Translations under genes and position numbers: made by a program
Source: Gemmatimonadales bacterium
Lineage (GTDB): Bacteria > Gemmatimonadota > Gemmatimonadetes > Gemmatimonadales > GWC2-71-9
DNA: 64,000 nt
NCBI GenBank assembly: GCA_036499125.1
Contig: DASYEH010000014.1
Span: forward strand, 53,156-117,155
Direction: 5' to 3'
Shown: positions 1 to 7,600 of the stretch, one piece after another
Layout of the letters: each line of letters starts with the position of its first letter
Numbering within the stretch: the first letter of the stretch is position 1
Notes under the pieces: model-generated
The model's database searches: none
Told to the model about the DNA's origin: nothing
The model's input: only the letters and a program-made list of their open reading frames with translations

Positions 1-894
1 TCCCTCTGCTACAAACCGATGTTTGCGAGCGGCGCCTCCACAGTCTCACCAATCTTTCGTATCATCGACTCGTTCCGGGGCACCCTGGTCATTGACGAGG
101 GCGATTTTCGCTTTTCCGATGAACGGGCGGAGCTCATCAAGATCCTGAACAACGGTAACACCGCCGGATTTCCCGTCCTGCGGAGCGATGTGACGCCGAG
201 CAAGGAGTTCAATCCGCGGGCGTTCAACGTCTTCGGCCCGAAGATCATCGCGACCAGGCGCCTCTTCGACGACCGGGCACTTGAGAGCCGGTGCATAACC
301 GAGACCATGACAGGCCTGCCGCCCCGAGCTGGCATCCCATTCAGTCTGCCAGTGGCGTTCCATAGTGAAGCACTGACCCTTCGCAATCAGCTGCTGATGT
401 ACCGCTTTCGGACTTTCCGGACTCCGAGGTCAATGGATCGGGCAACTTCGCCAGAGATCGAGCCAAGAATATCTCAGGTCTACGCCCCGCTGCTCGCGGT
501 CATCAAGGATGAATCAGCCCAAGCTAGGGTGGTCGATCTTGCCAAGGCAGCGAGCCGAGCGATTCGGGCGGAGCGGGGAACGAGCATCGAAGCTGAGCTG
601 GTGGAAGCTCTCTACGAACTCCGGCAGGAAGGGGCGGCACTTTCGGTCAAGGCGATTGCCGAACGCTTTGCAGGGCGGTTTGGGGATGATTACCGACGTC
701 CCATCACTGCCCGCTGGGTTGGAAGTCAGCTCCGCAATCGGCTTTCGCTCCTTCCAGTCAAGACGCATGGGGCGTACGTCATCCCACCCACCGAAGAACG
801 GCGGCTGCAAGGATTGTTCGACCGGTACCGGCCGGGAGACCGGGGGACATTGGGGACAACGTGGTTGGACGACGAGAAGGGAAGCGTAGAGTAA
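1..894 (+). CDS. Mobile-element ATPase, C-terminal part (SF3/P4-type primase-helicase-like); 5' end lies outside the window
   Basis: Frame is open back to base 1. Walker-B-like TLVIDEGDF, then LIKILNNGN...FGPKIIATRRLFDDRALESRCI, resembling the motif C / arginine region of P4/D5-type helicases. GC is lower than in the core. Family call is by eye only. Confidence 0.4.
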   Translation, partial: SLCYKPMFASGASTVSPIFRIIDSFRGTLVIDEGDFRFSDERAELIKILNNGNTAGFPVLRSDVTPSKEFNPRAFNVFGPKIIATRRLFDDRALESRCITETMTGLPPRAGIPFSLPVAFHSEALTLRNQLLMYRFRTFRTPRSMDRATSPEIEPRISQVYAPLLAVIKDESAQARVVDLAKAASRAIRAERGTSIEAELVEALYELRQEGAALSVKAIAERFAGRFGDDYRRPITARWVGSQLRNRLSLLPVKTHGAYVIPPTEERRLQGLFDRYRPGDRGTLGTTWLDDEKGSVE

Positions 895-970
895 TCATAG
901 GAAATGGGCTGAGGGACGGGCGTCCGGATACCCTCCGGCGAACGTCCCCACATCCACCCGGGCGCAGGTG

Positions 971-1011
971 TTTGCCGTATCCGGCAAATCAGGTGACCTC
1001 GTGACGAGGTC
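971..1011. promoter_or_regulatory. Two palindromes immediately upstream of the XRE gene (candidate operators)
   Basis: TTTGCC-gtatcc-GGCAAA at 971-988. Perfect GACCTCG-TGA-CGAGGTC at 995-1011, 6-27 nt before the possible start codons at 1017/1023/1038. Confidence 0.3.
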
Positions 1012-1016
1012 GCGGG

Positions 1017-1406
1017 TTGGATATGCTCTGGATTGAAATGTCACACGATCTTCTCAAGACATATCTCCGCATGTACCGACGACGATCGGGACTAACCCAG
1101 GCCGATGTGGCATACCTGCTCGGCCGAGTCTCAGGGACCACACCGTCACGCCACGAAATGGCAACGCGGATCCCGACGCTTGAAATCCTGCTTGCGTATC
1201 AGGTAATGCTCGGAGTGTCGATTGGGGAGATCTACGAGGGCGAGCTTGCTCGGATTGATCGAGAGGTACGGGCGCGGGCGCGCGGATTGCGGCGGTATCT
1301 GGAGCACCGGCCTGCAACTGCTGACCTGCGCAGGCGGATCGTATATGTCCAGGGCCTCGAAGATTCTGCCGGCTTACCAGCGCACCCGCCCAAATCCCAT
1401 GCGTAA
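1017..1406 (+). CDS. XRE-family helix-turn-helix transcriptional regulator
   Basis: LRMYRRRSGLTQADVAYLLGRVSGTTPSRHE is a classic XRE HTH. The true start may be the ATG at 1023 or 1038. The stop (1404-1406) overlaps the next gene's ATG at 1399. Confidence 0.7.
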   Translation: MDMLWIEMSHDLLKTYLRMYRRRSGLTQADVAYLLGRVSGTTPSRHEMATRIPTLEILLAYQVMLGVSIGEIYEGELARIDREVRARARGLRRYLEHRPATADLRRRIVYVQGLEDSAGLPAHPPKSHA

Positions 1407-1932
1407 ACCATCGCCCAACCATTATCGCCTGTTGTCGATCGATCCGTCCCCTGCGGGATTTGGTTTTGCCATCATCGAAGGAGGATATCGCCTAGTCGAG
1501 TGGGGCGTGGCGCGCGTCTGGTCGACCAATGATCAAGAGTTTCTCGCAAGGGTGGAAAGCAGGATCGACCGATTTCGCCCCTCCGCCGTCGTGCTCCTCG
1601 ATCGCTCAGCCGACCGGCGTGAGAGCGGGGTGCTCAATCGCTGGCGTCTCCTGCAGCCGTATTGCACAAGCCGGTACCTTCCGGTCTTTTTGGTCAGTGG
1701 CTCACTGATCAAAGAGGTGTTTCGGTCAACCGGATCTACCAAAAGTCAAATCGCTTCTGCCATTGCCGAAGAGTTTCCTGAACTTGAGGGCCGGCTGCCC
1801 GCAACCCGGAAGGCCTGGATGTCGGAAGGCGAGCAGATGAATGTATTTGATGCCGTGTCGTTCATCGTCGCGCTGCGACACAAGTCGCCGCAATCTAAAG
1901 GGAGCAACAACGCTTCGTTAGGCAGGCCCTAG
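1399..1932 (+). CDS. RuvC-like / RNase H-fold nuclease-like protein
   Basis: ATG at 1399 chosen over the long upstream ORF. LLSIDPSPAGFGFAIIEG resembles the RuvC N-terminal (L/I)GIDPG strand. FRPSAVVLLD, YLPVFLVSGSLIKEV and NVFDAVSFIVAL follow the RuvC order of acidic-residue strands and helices. There is an 8-nt overlap with the XRE gene. Confidence 0.5.
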   Translation: MRKPSPNHYRLLSIDPSPAGFGFAIIEGGYRLVEWGVARVWSTNDQEFLARVESRIDRFRPSAVVLLDRSADRRESGVLNRWRLLQPYCTSRYLPVFLVSGSLIKEVFRSTGSTKSQIASAIAEEFPELEGRLPATRKAWMSEGEQMNVFDAVSFIVALRHKSPQSKGSNNASLGRP

Positions 1933-2417
1933 AACCCAAAGCCGTCGGGGCGCTGGCCATCTGTGGGCGGTACGCCGTACACGGTTGTCGCGAATGATCC
2001 GTGCACGATGTATCCGCTAGGCCCATTCGTCACGCTCGTCAGTGTTAGGGTGAAGGCATTATTGACGAGATTAAAGGTGCCCGGATCCACGTTTGCCCAC
2101 TGCGACGCCTCACCGGCGGCATTCTTGAATTGGCCGAGCACGATTTCGGCGCTCGCGACTCCGTTGCGTTCAGTGTATGTCCCGATCGCCGGTTGTCCGG
2201 TAAAGACCACTTGAGCGGTGTAGGTGGAATACAGATTGTTCGCCAGGATTGTCACGGTGGTCTCGTTCGAGGCGGCATTGTACGTAGCCGTGACACTCGG
2301 GCAGTCAGGGTTCGTGCCGGTGATGCAGGGTGGGCTTGATATGGCGTCAGAACTATCGCTGCATCCGGCCAGCTGGGCCCCGAGAACCAACGAGAGGAGC
2401 GGGACGAATCGTCGCAT
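1929..2417 (-). CDS. Lipoprotein, unknown function
   Basis: Start chosen at 2417 (MRRFVPLLSLVLGAQLAGCSD = signal peptide plus lipobox). GAGGA sits upstream. The longer 239-aa ORF has an implausible Arg/Cys-rich N-terminus. Confidence 0.6.
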   Translation of the reverse strand: MRRFVPLLSLVLGAQLAGCSDSSDAISSPPCITGTNPDCPSVTATYNAASNETTVTILANNLYSTYTAQVVFTGQPAIGTYTERNGVASAEIVLGQFKNAAGEASQWANVDPGTFNLVNNAFTLTLTSVTNGPSGYIVHGSFATTVYGVPPTDGQRPDGFGF

Positions 2418-2617
2418 TGGACTGTCCTCAGAAAGACGGTGAGTGTGGCGGCCGGCGCTATTTCCGCCCAGCGTTTTCCGGCTAGGGCGGCTGACCCGCC
2501 ATCTGGATTGGTGCCAGGCCTTCACGTTTAGGGGGACCGGGCGTATGATCCAGCGTGTACTAAAACAAATCGCACAAGATTTCGCACAGACGTTACTACG
2601 GCGCCAGGGCCCTGTCA

Positions 2618-2995
2618 ATGACCGGGGAGCCGCGGCGTACCCTTTCAACGCTTCGCGACGCGGTGCGGGGCAGGGTGGAGGCCACCTCGCTTCGCGTCGT
2701 GGCCGACGAGATCGGCATGAGCTTTAGCGGATTGCGGACGTTCCTTCAGGGCGCGAGACCGAATGAGGCTACCCGGTCGAAGGTCGTAGCATGGTATGTG
2801 TCATCACAGCAAGGATCGAAGGGGTCAATAACGGGCGACACCGATGTGGCCACCGCACTTGTCGCGGCTTTCGTTGCGAGGGCTTCCGGGAAGGCGAAAA
2901 CGCGGCGCGCAGTGGACGCTATGCGCCGCGTGTTGGAGGAATTGTCAGTGTCGGAACGGAGGGCCGTCCTCGAGGCCCTCGGGCGCGGTGATTAG
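2618..2995 (+). CDS. Hypothetical protein with HTH-like segment
   Basis: SLRVVADEIGMSFSGLRTFLQG looks like a helix-turn-helix. No further family signal. Confidence 0.4.
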   Translation: MTGEPRRTLSTLRDAVRGRVEATSLRVVADEIGMSFSGLRTFLQGARPNEATRSKVVAWYVSSQQGSKGSITGDTDVATALVAAFVARASGKAKTRRAVDAMRRVLEELSVSERRAVLEALGRGD

Positions 2996-3094
2996 TCGAG
3001 CGACTCTACCGTCATGCGGGAGTGATCATTCCCGCCAGGCAGACAAGAAGCCTTCGCTGGGTCACGCACACTATTGCCTTATCGCACCAGACGA

Positions 3095-3526
3095 TCATGG
3101 CAAATACTTCGGGCTTGCGATCCGTTGCACGTTAGCCCATGTCCATTCAAGTATGGTAGTTAGGCCAGCAACGGTCGACAAATCCTTGGAGCGGTTCGAT
3201 CGCAGCCCGATCACTGGAAAGTCCTTTGCCTGCAGACGCATCACCAGGTCGGCAACGCTGTCGGGCATCGATTTGCCTCCTTCAATCAGGACAACTGCGA
3301 AGTTGCAATCGGTCCAACGCTGATCACGGTCGACCTCAGCAAACGAGACGGTACTACAGAGTCTGCTAATGTGGAACAGGCCATTCTTACTCGCAGCTTG
3401 GGCTTCGAGCAGGTCGGCGAAACGCGCGTGTTCTGGGCTATAAATGACGAGCAGCCGTTTCACGTCTGATTCCTTATCATCGAGGGTTAGAATGGTGCAG
3501 GAGACCTCTGCCTTGACAATAACCAT
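3095..3526 (-). CDS. Hypothetical protein, possibly a degenerate receiver-like domain
   Basis: KRLLVIY...FAVVLIEGGKSMPDSVADLVMRLQAKDFPVIGLRSN resembles a CheY-like receiver but has Glu where the phospho-Asp would sit. The locus is low-GC. The N-terminal extension to 3691 is antisense to the transposase relic and was discarded. Confidence 0.3.
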   Translation of the reverse strand: MVIVKAEVSCTILTLDDKESDVKRLLVIYSPEHARFADLLEAQAASKNGLFHISRLCSTVSFAEVDRDQRWTDCNFAVVLIEGGKSMPDSVADLVMRLQAKDFPVIGLRSNRSKDLSTVAGLTTILEWTWANVQRIASPKYLP

Positions 3527-3596
3527 GGTTGCCTGGTTCGGCAGCCGACGCCGAAATGCCCAAACGTCAGCTGAAGTAGGGACGTATCTGCTCCGG

Positions 3597-4060
3597 ATTG
3601 ATCGCTCTCGGTTCGCAGGAGCGATGGACGATGGACTTTGTGTAGATCCGATGGCCGATGGTCGGCCGTTTCGGATGCTCACCGTGGTCAATCAGCGCAG
3701 TCGCTCCGGTCCGATCCTGGAGGCTGCCTTTTCGATCCGCGAACAGGACGTGGCGGCGGCGCTCGATCAGACGATCGCGATGCACGGCGCTCCGCGATCG
3801 ATCACCGTCGATCACGGCGCAGAGTGAGTGGGGCGTGCTGGGACTCTACAAGGCGCGGCGACCTCACGGATACCAGCCACATTGAGGTTATAATTGTCGG
3901 TTGTCCGGGATAGGTGCCTCAACGTCCACCAGTTCATGTCACCGACCGATGCGCGGGCGAAGGCGGGGGATTGTTGATGTGATTCTAATCAGGTCCGGCC
4001 ATACAGCTCGCTCGGTTACCTGACCCCCGTCAAGTGCGGAAGTCCATCAGGAAAAAGGAA
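3597..4060 (+). pseudogene. IS3-family transposase (OrfB / rve integrase core) relic
   Basis: AMDDGLCVDPMADGRPFRMLTVVNQRSR...GAPRSITVDHGAE matches the WAMDF..DGR.FR.LTVVD.FSR...G.P..I.VDNG.EF pattern. A stop at 3825 and roughly 50 missing codons follow. Then FMSPTDARAKAGDC*CDSNQVRPYSSLGYLTPV with an in-frame TGA at 3975. No intact ends or OrfA were seen. Confidence 0.7.
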
Positions 4061-4349
4061 TCGCGGAAGCGCGATCACTTTACGCCCACCTGCCGATAAA
4101 CGGGTCAAGTCCATTTTCGGTTGCCGTTACCGCCTGCGGCGCTAACTCGGCGGCTCACGCCCCCGGGTAGCCGCACAGTCGGATCGCGTTTTGTCCACGT
4201 CAGGGCTCCGAGGTTGCCGGTAGATCTCATCTGTAGCCGAAACGAGATTGTTATGAAGATTTCTTCACGATTGATGAACCTTGCGGCGAACTCGGTTACC
4301 GCACTAAAATAGCGTCGTCCCGCTCCCTCCCTCGTCTGCGGAGATCCCT

Positions 4350-4661
4350 TTGAAACGACCGAGCCGAATGGTCCCATCAATCGATTTGCTTCCGCCGCAA
4401 ATGCCCCAAGAGCGCAGGTTGCGGCTGATTCAGGCGCATCTTTGCTGCACTCCGGCACAGGCCAGAATCCTGCTGTGCTGCCCGAGCGGTCGGTCGTGTG
4501 CTGAGATAGCGGCGGAATTGAACCTTGCAGAGGGAACGGTTCGTTCTCATATGCATTCATTTTTCGAGCGGTCGCAATGCTTGGGCAGCAACCACGCGTC
4601 AGGCCTTGTAGCCTCCGTGCTTTGGCAAGTTGCCGCTGGACTCCTTAAGGACCCGGCATAG
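4350..4661 (+). CDS. LuxR/GerE-type HTH protein (HTH-only, possibly a remnant)
   Basis: TPAQARILLCCPSGRSCAEIAAELNLAEGTVRSHMHSFFER fits the LuxR C-terminal HTH pattern (LT..E..VL.L...G.S..EIA..L.IS..TV..H). TTG start. No receiver or ligand domain. Confidence 0.45.
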   Translation: MKRPSRMVPSIDLLPPQMPQERRLRLIQAHLCCTPAQARILLCCPSGRSCAEIAAELNLAEGTVRSHMHSFFERSQCLGSNHASGLVASVLWQVAAGLLKDPA

Positions 4662-5238
4662 ACGGTCTACTACGTGCTAACACTGGATTGCCCTAGAATT
4701 CGCGCGCGCAATCGCCCGGCCCCACTCGGATTGAGTCATATAGCTTCGACTGACGTGAGATGCTCGGGCGCGGAACGGTGTCGTGACGGGCCGTACGATT
4801 GTTCGGCAAATCATATGAACTCTTTCCACGTCCCCGTGCGGTTGGGCGAGATCCGCTTGGTGCGATTCACCGTGAGCATCGTGAAGAAGCGCTCGGTCGT
4901 CGCACTATTCAGACAGTCGGCCGAATGACTCATCTTGCAGGGGAACCCAACCTCGACTCGGCGCTGCGTTTCGAATGGCTCGCAACCTGACTGCCACGCT
5001 CTGAGTGTCGCGCGCGCCGACGCATGCAAAGGTCCGTCACTGCGTCAGGCCGGTGTTGTTCGAGTAATAACGGCCGCAAGGACACGCCCAAATGGACGGC
5101 GACGTATCGCCCCTTTGCTCCGTCAGAGTGTACCATGCGGTCTACACCGATAGGTCTATATCGTTCGGTCGTATTTCATAACAAACGGATATGCGGTAAC
5201 GTTCTATTTCATTCAGGAGCAAAACGCTCGGAGGCAAC

Positions 5239-5922
5239 GTGTCGGATCGCCGTTTAGGTGCACTGATTATACCTGTAGTTCAGGCAATCTGCGTTGTAAT
5301 CGTCACAGTAGCGATCGTTCGCCACGAATTTTTTTCTGCAAACACAAGGCAGTCGATTGCGACCACCAAACTGTCGCAAGCGCAGTGGCGAGGTGTACTA
5401 GCGGGTGGACACTGGATGGGATCACCGAAAGCGCTCGTGACAGTGGTTGAGTTTGGCGATTTTCAATGCCCGGCTTGTCGCGTGTTCAGCACGGTTAGTC
5501 TTCGTGGAGTACGGGCAAAGTACGGAGACAGTGTTGGCGTATTGTTTCGCCATTGGCCACTTGCCTATCATGAACACGCCTATGCGGCTGCCCGGGCGAG
5601 CGAATGCGTTGCAGCGGAAGGCTCATTCGAGCGCTTCTTTGACGCGGTTTACGACAAGCAGGACTCGCTAGGCCTTCGGCCGATCGAGGCGTTTGCACGA
5701 GACGCTGGCGTTCAAGATTCCAGTGCCTTCGCGACGTGCAATGCGAGCAAGCTTCCCGTTGAGGCGATTGAGGTGGATCGCAAAGAGGCGCTCTCTCTCC
5801 ATGGCTCGGGCACTCCAACAATAATCGTTAATGGCGTTCAACTTGGTGGTGTTCCGGACAGCATTGCCTTTGATGAGCTCGTTGGCAAGGCTCTCAAAGC
5901 CGCGATTCGCAACAGCAAGTGA
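5239..5922 (+). CDS. DsbA-family thiol:disulfide oxidoreductase, N-terminally membrane-anchored
   Basis: GTG start with CGGAGG 5-10 nt upstream. TM helix LGALIIPVVQAICVVIVTVAIV. Thioredoxin-fold motif VVEFGDFQCPACRVF (CPAC). C-terminal GSGTPTIIVNG. Confidence 0.8.
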   Translation: MSDRRLGALIIPVVQAICVVIVTVAIVRHEFFSANTRQSIATTKLSQAQWRGVLAGGHWMGSPKALVTVVEFGDFQCPACRVFSTVSLRGVRAKYGDSVGVLFRHWPLAYHEHAYAAARASECVAAEGSFERFFDAVYDKQDSLGLRPIEAFARDAGVQDSSAFATCNASKLPVEAIEVDRKEALSLHGSGTPTIIVNGVQLGGVPDSIAFDELVGKALKAAIRNSK

Positions 5923-5944
5923 CTACCGTCGTGTCTTGTGTCCG

Positions 5945-7108
5945 ATGGAGTCCAACGTGAAACTGCGTGTCGTTATTGGACGCGGTGTTGCGGCCGTCCT
6001 AATCATGGCGTCGTGCAAAGATGACAGCTCTCAATGGAGGCTTGATCTGCCTTCAGGGGTGAGCGAACATGGGCCGCGGGACACAATCGTTGCGCCCCTC
6101 ATGCTAACGGAAGTTCGTCGCATTAGCTTTGACAGCAATGCCTCGCTGTTGACGCCGATGACCGTTAGTGCAAGTGGCGTTGTTGCCGTTTTCGACTACA
6201 CTACGTGCGGATTCTATCTGCTCCAACTCCCCACTGGCGATTCGATCGGTCACGCCGGAAGCTGTGTTCCCGTGAAGCGGTTCGGTCAAGCACGTGGGGC
6301 CTTTTTCCTCGGCGATACTCTTGTCGTCTTCGATGGTCGAACTCACGAGCTCATACGATTCGATCGTATTGGTGATGAGCTTGGCAGAGTCCAAGCGCCG
6401 GGATCGCTAGCCATGACTGGGGCGTTACGAGTAAGCTCGATGAGCGTAGTCGGTGGCGACACCGTTCTCGCCGATCGTGACCTAGCAGCAACGAGTGTCG
6501 ATGGACGGTTGGTCGTATTTACAATGACTAGTGACGGCGCGGTCGCAACGTTTCTCGCCGATGTACCCGGAAGTCGTGCTAATGGAGAGTCTGAGCCGAT
6601 TCTGGGAATCCGTGGCTGCAGCGCGGATTGGAACGGGCGACATCGAATCGTCGCTACGCAGCCGTGGAGTTTTGAAGCGGTTATTTTCGATGAGAAACAC
6701 TCCCCGTTGTGGTCGGTCTATATCCCATTGTCTTGGACGGGCGCCCACCAAGCGCCGGACCATTCACTAGGTGCAGTTTGGCCCAAAGCAACTCTTCGAA
6801 CGCCACTGTGCGGGTCATGGGGAACGCTACTGCGCTTTGGAAGGGTAGACCCTTTCGTGTTTCGGACGTCGACCTATCCGAACGGTGGGCACCTTGAGTT
6901 ATGGGATTCAATCGGGCAACGACGGTTGGCGGTAGACGTTGGCAACGGCCATTCGTATCTATTCGGTGCAGCGGTTACCTGGAAGGATCTCATCGTTTTC
7001 GAGGACGGCGATTCACGGCTTCGCGTTTTTCAGCTCCAACAACTTTCGCAGAGGACTAGCGGGGCGTCCCACAGAGGCAACATTGCCATTCGGGTGCTGC
7101 CCAATTGA
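5945..7108 (+). CDS. Exported beta-propeller lipoprotein (6-bladed-propeller-like family)
   Basis: Start at 5945 gives MESNVKLRVVIGRGVAAVLIMASCKDD (lipobox). Repeated blade-like segments. The C-terminus (LELWDSIGQRRLAVDV...LIVFEDGDSRLRVFQL) parallels the other three propeller paralogues in this window. Confidence 0.6.
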   Translation: MESNVKLRVVIGRGVAAVLIMASCKDDSSQWRLDLPSGVSEHGPRDTIVAPLMLTEVRRISFDSNASLLTPMTVSASGVVAVFDYTTCGFYLLQLPTGDSIGHAGSCVPVKRFGQARGAFFLGDTLVVFDGRTHELIRFDRIGDELGRVQAPGSLAMTGALRVSSMSVVGGDTVLADRDLAATSVDGRLVVFTMTSDGAVATFLADVPGSRANGESEPILGIRGCSADWNGRHRIVATQPWSFEAVIFDEKHSPLWSVYIPLSWTGAHQAPDHSLGAVWPKATLRTPLCGSWGTLLRFGRVDPFVFRTSTYPNGGHLELWDSIGQRRLAVDVGNGHSYLFGAAVTWKDLIVFEDGDSRLRVFQLQQLSQRTSGASHRGNIAIRVLPN

Positions 7109-7248
7109 AACGTCGGAAGCTGCAAAGCTGGGTTTGGCGCGCTGCAGTGGCGCCAATGATGTGGCGGGCAGAGTTTGACGTCCGCTAGCAGGCGCGACCA
7201 ACGGAAATCCGTCCGTTTCGCGAGTCAGACCAAAGCATCGGAGGGGTT

Positions 7249-7500
7249 GTGAAAGCGCTGATTGCGAAGGTTTTGGTGCCCGCGTTTTTTGCGGTTGCAG
7301 TTGTCATGGTGTATTCTCCAACGCAGGCGGTTGCGCGAGAGACTGGCGGGTCGTACTGCGGTGGGGTACCCTCGAACGGCTGTTGCGATTGCGACGGAGG
7401 AGTTGCCGGAAACTCTTGTGAAGCGAACAATGACTCGGGATATTTTGAATGCAGTTCGTCAGGCTGCCCAACCGTGCAGGCGAAATGTAAAGTCAACTGA
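7249..7500 (+). CDS. Small secreted cysteine-rich protein (83 aa precursor, 8 Cys in a ~54-aa mature part)
   Basis: GTG at 7249 preceded by GGAGGGG (7240-7246). Signal peptide MKALIAKVLVPAFFAVAVVMVYSPTQAVA. Mature ETGGSYCGGVPSNGCCDCDGGVAGNSCEANNDSGYFECSSSGCPTVQAKCKVN. Followed by a perfect terminator. Confidence 0.6.
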   Translation: MKALIAKVLVPAFFAVAVVMVYSPTQAVARETGGSYCGGVPSNGCCDCDGGVAGNSCEANNDSGYFECSSSGCPTVQAKCKVN

Positions 7501-7507
7501 CTGCTGT

Positions 7508-7543
7508 GAGACACGGCCGGACTAAATTGGCCGGCCGTGTCTC
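7508..7543 (+). terminator. Intrinsic terminator hairpin after the Cys-rich peptide gene
   Basis: Perfect 13-bp stem GAGACACGGCCGG / CCGGCCGTGTCTC with a 10-nt loop, followed by the T-rich AAGTATTTGTT. It begins 8 nt after the stop codon. Confidence 0.75.
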
Positions 7544-7600
7544 AAGTATTTGTTCGAAACGACCGATATACTTCAGACCATCCGCAATATCCCTATATGC

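Noticed and set aside
1222-1932. The long 236-aa version of the RuvC-like ORF. The same issue applies to the long N-terminal extensions of ORFs 1929-2648, 5831-7108, 15260-16573, 16445-17056, 17913-18986, 24269-27523, 30401-33646, 41230-42597, 43898-44911, 53666-55489 and 55173-58427.
   Set aside because: In each case an internal start yields a clean signal peptide, lipobox or conserved N-terminus and removes overlap with the neighbouring gene. The upstream extensions are Arg-rich and overlap adjacent coding regions.
4105-4560. 151-aa minus-strand ORF overlapping the LuxR-type HTH ORF, and small ORFs in 4674-5257.
   Set aside because: No recognisable motifs, and the region looks like decayed island DNA. 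The LuxR HTH pattern on the plus strand is the only family-like signal, so the remainder is left unannotated.
7185-7525. ORFs 7185-7514 (minus) and 7262-7525 (plus), overlapping the Cys-rich peptide gene.
   Set aside because: Neither has an SD or a signal peptide. The plus-strand alternative reads through the terminator stem. The 7249 frame has an SD, a signal peptide and a stop just before the terminator.
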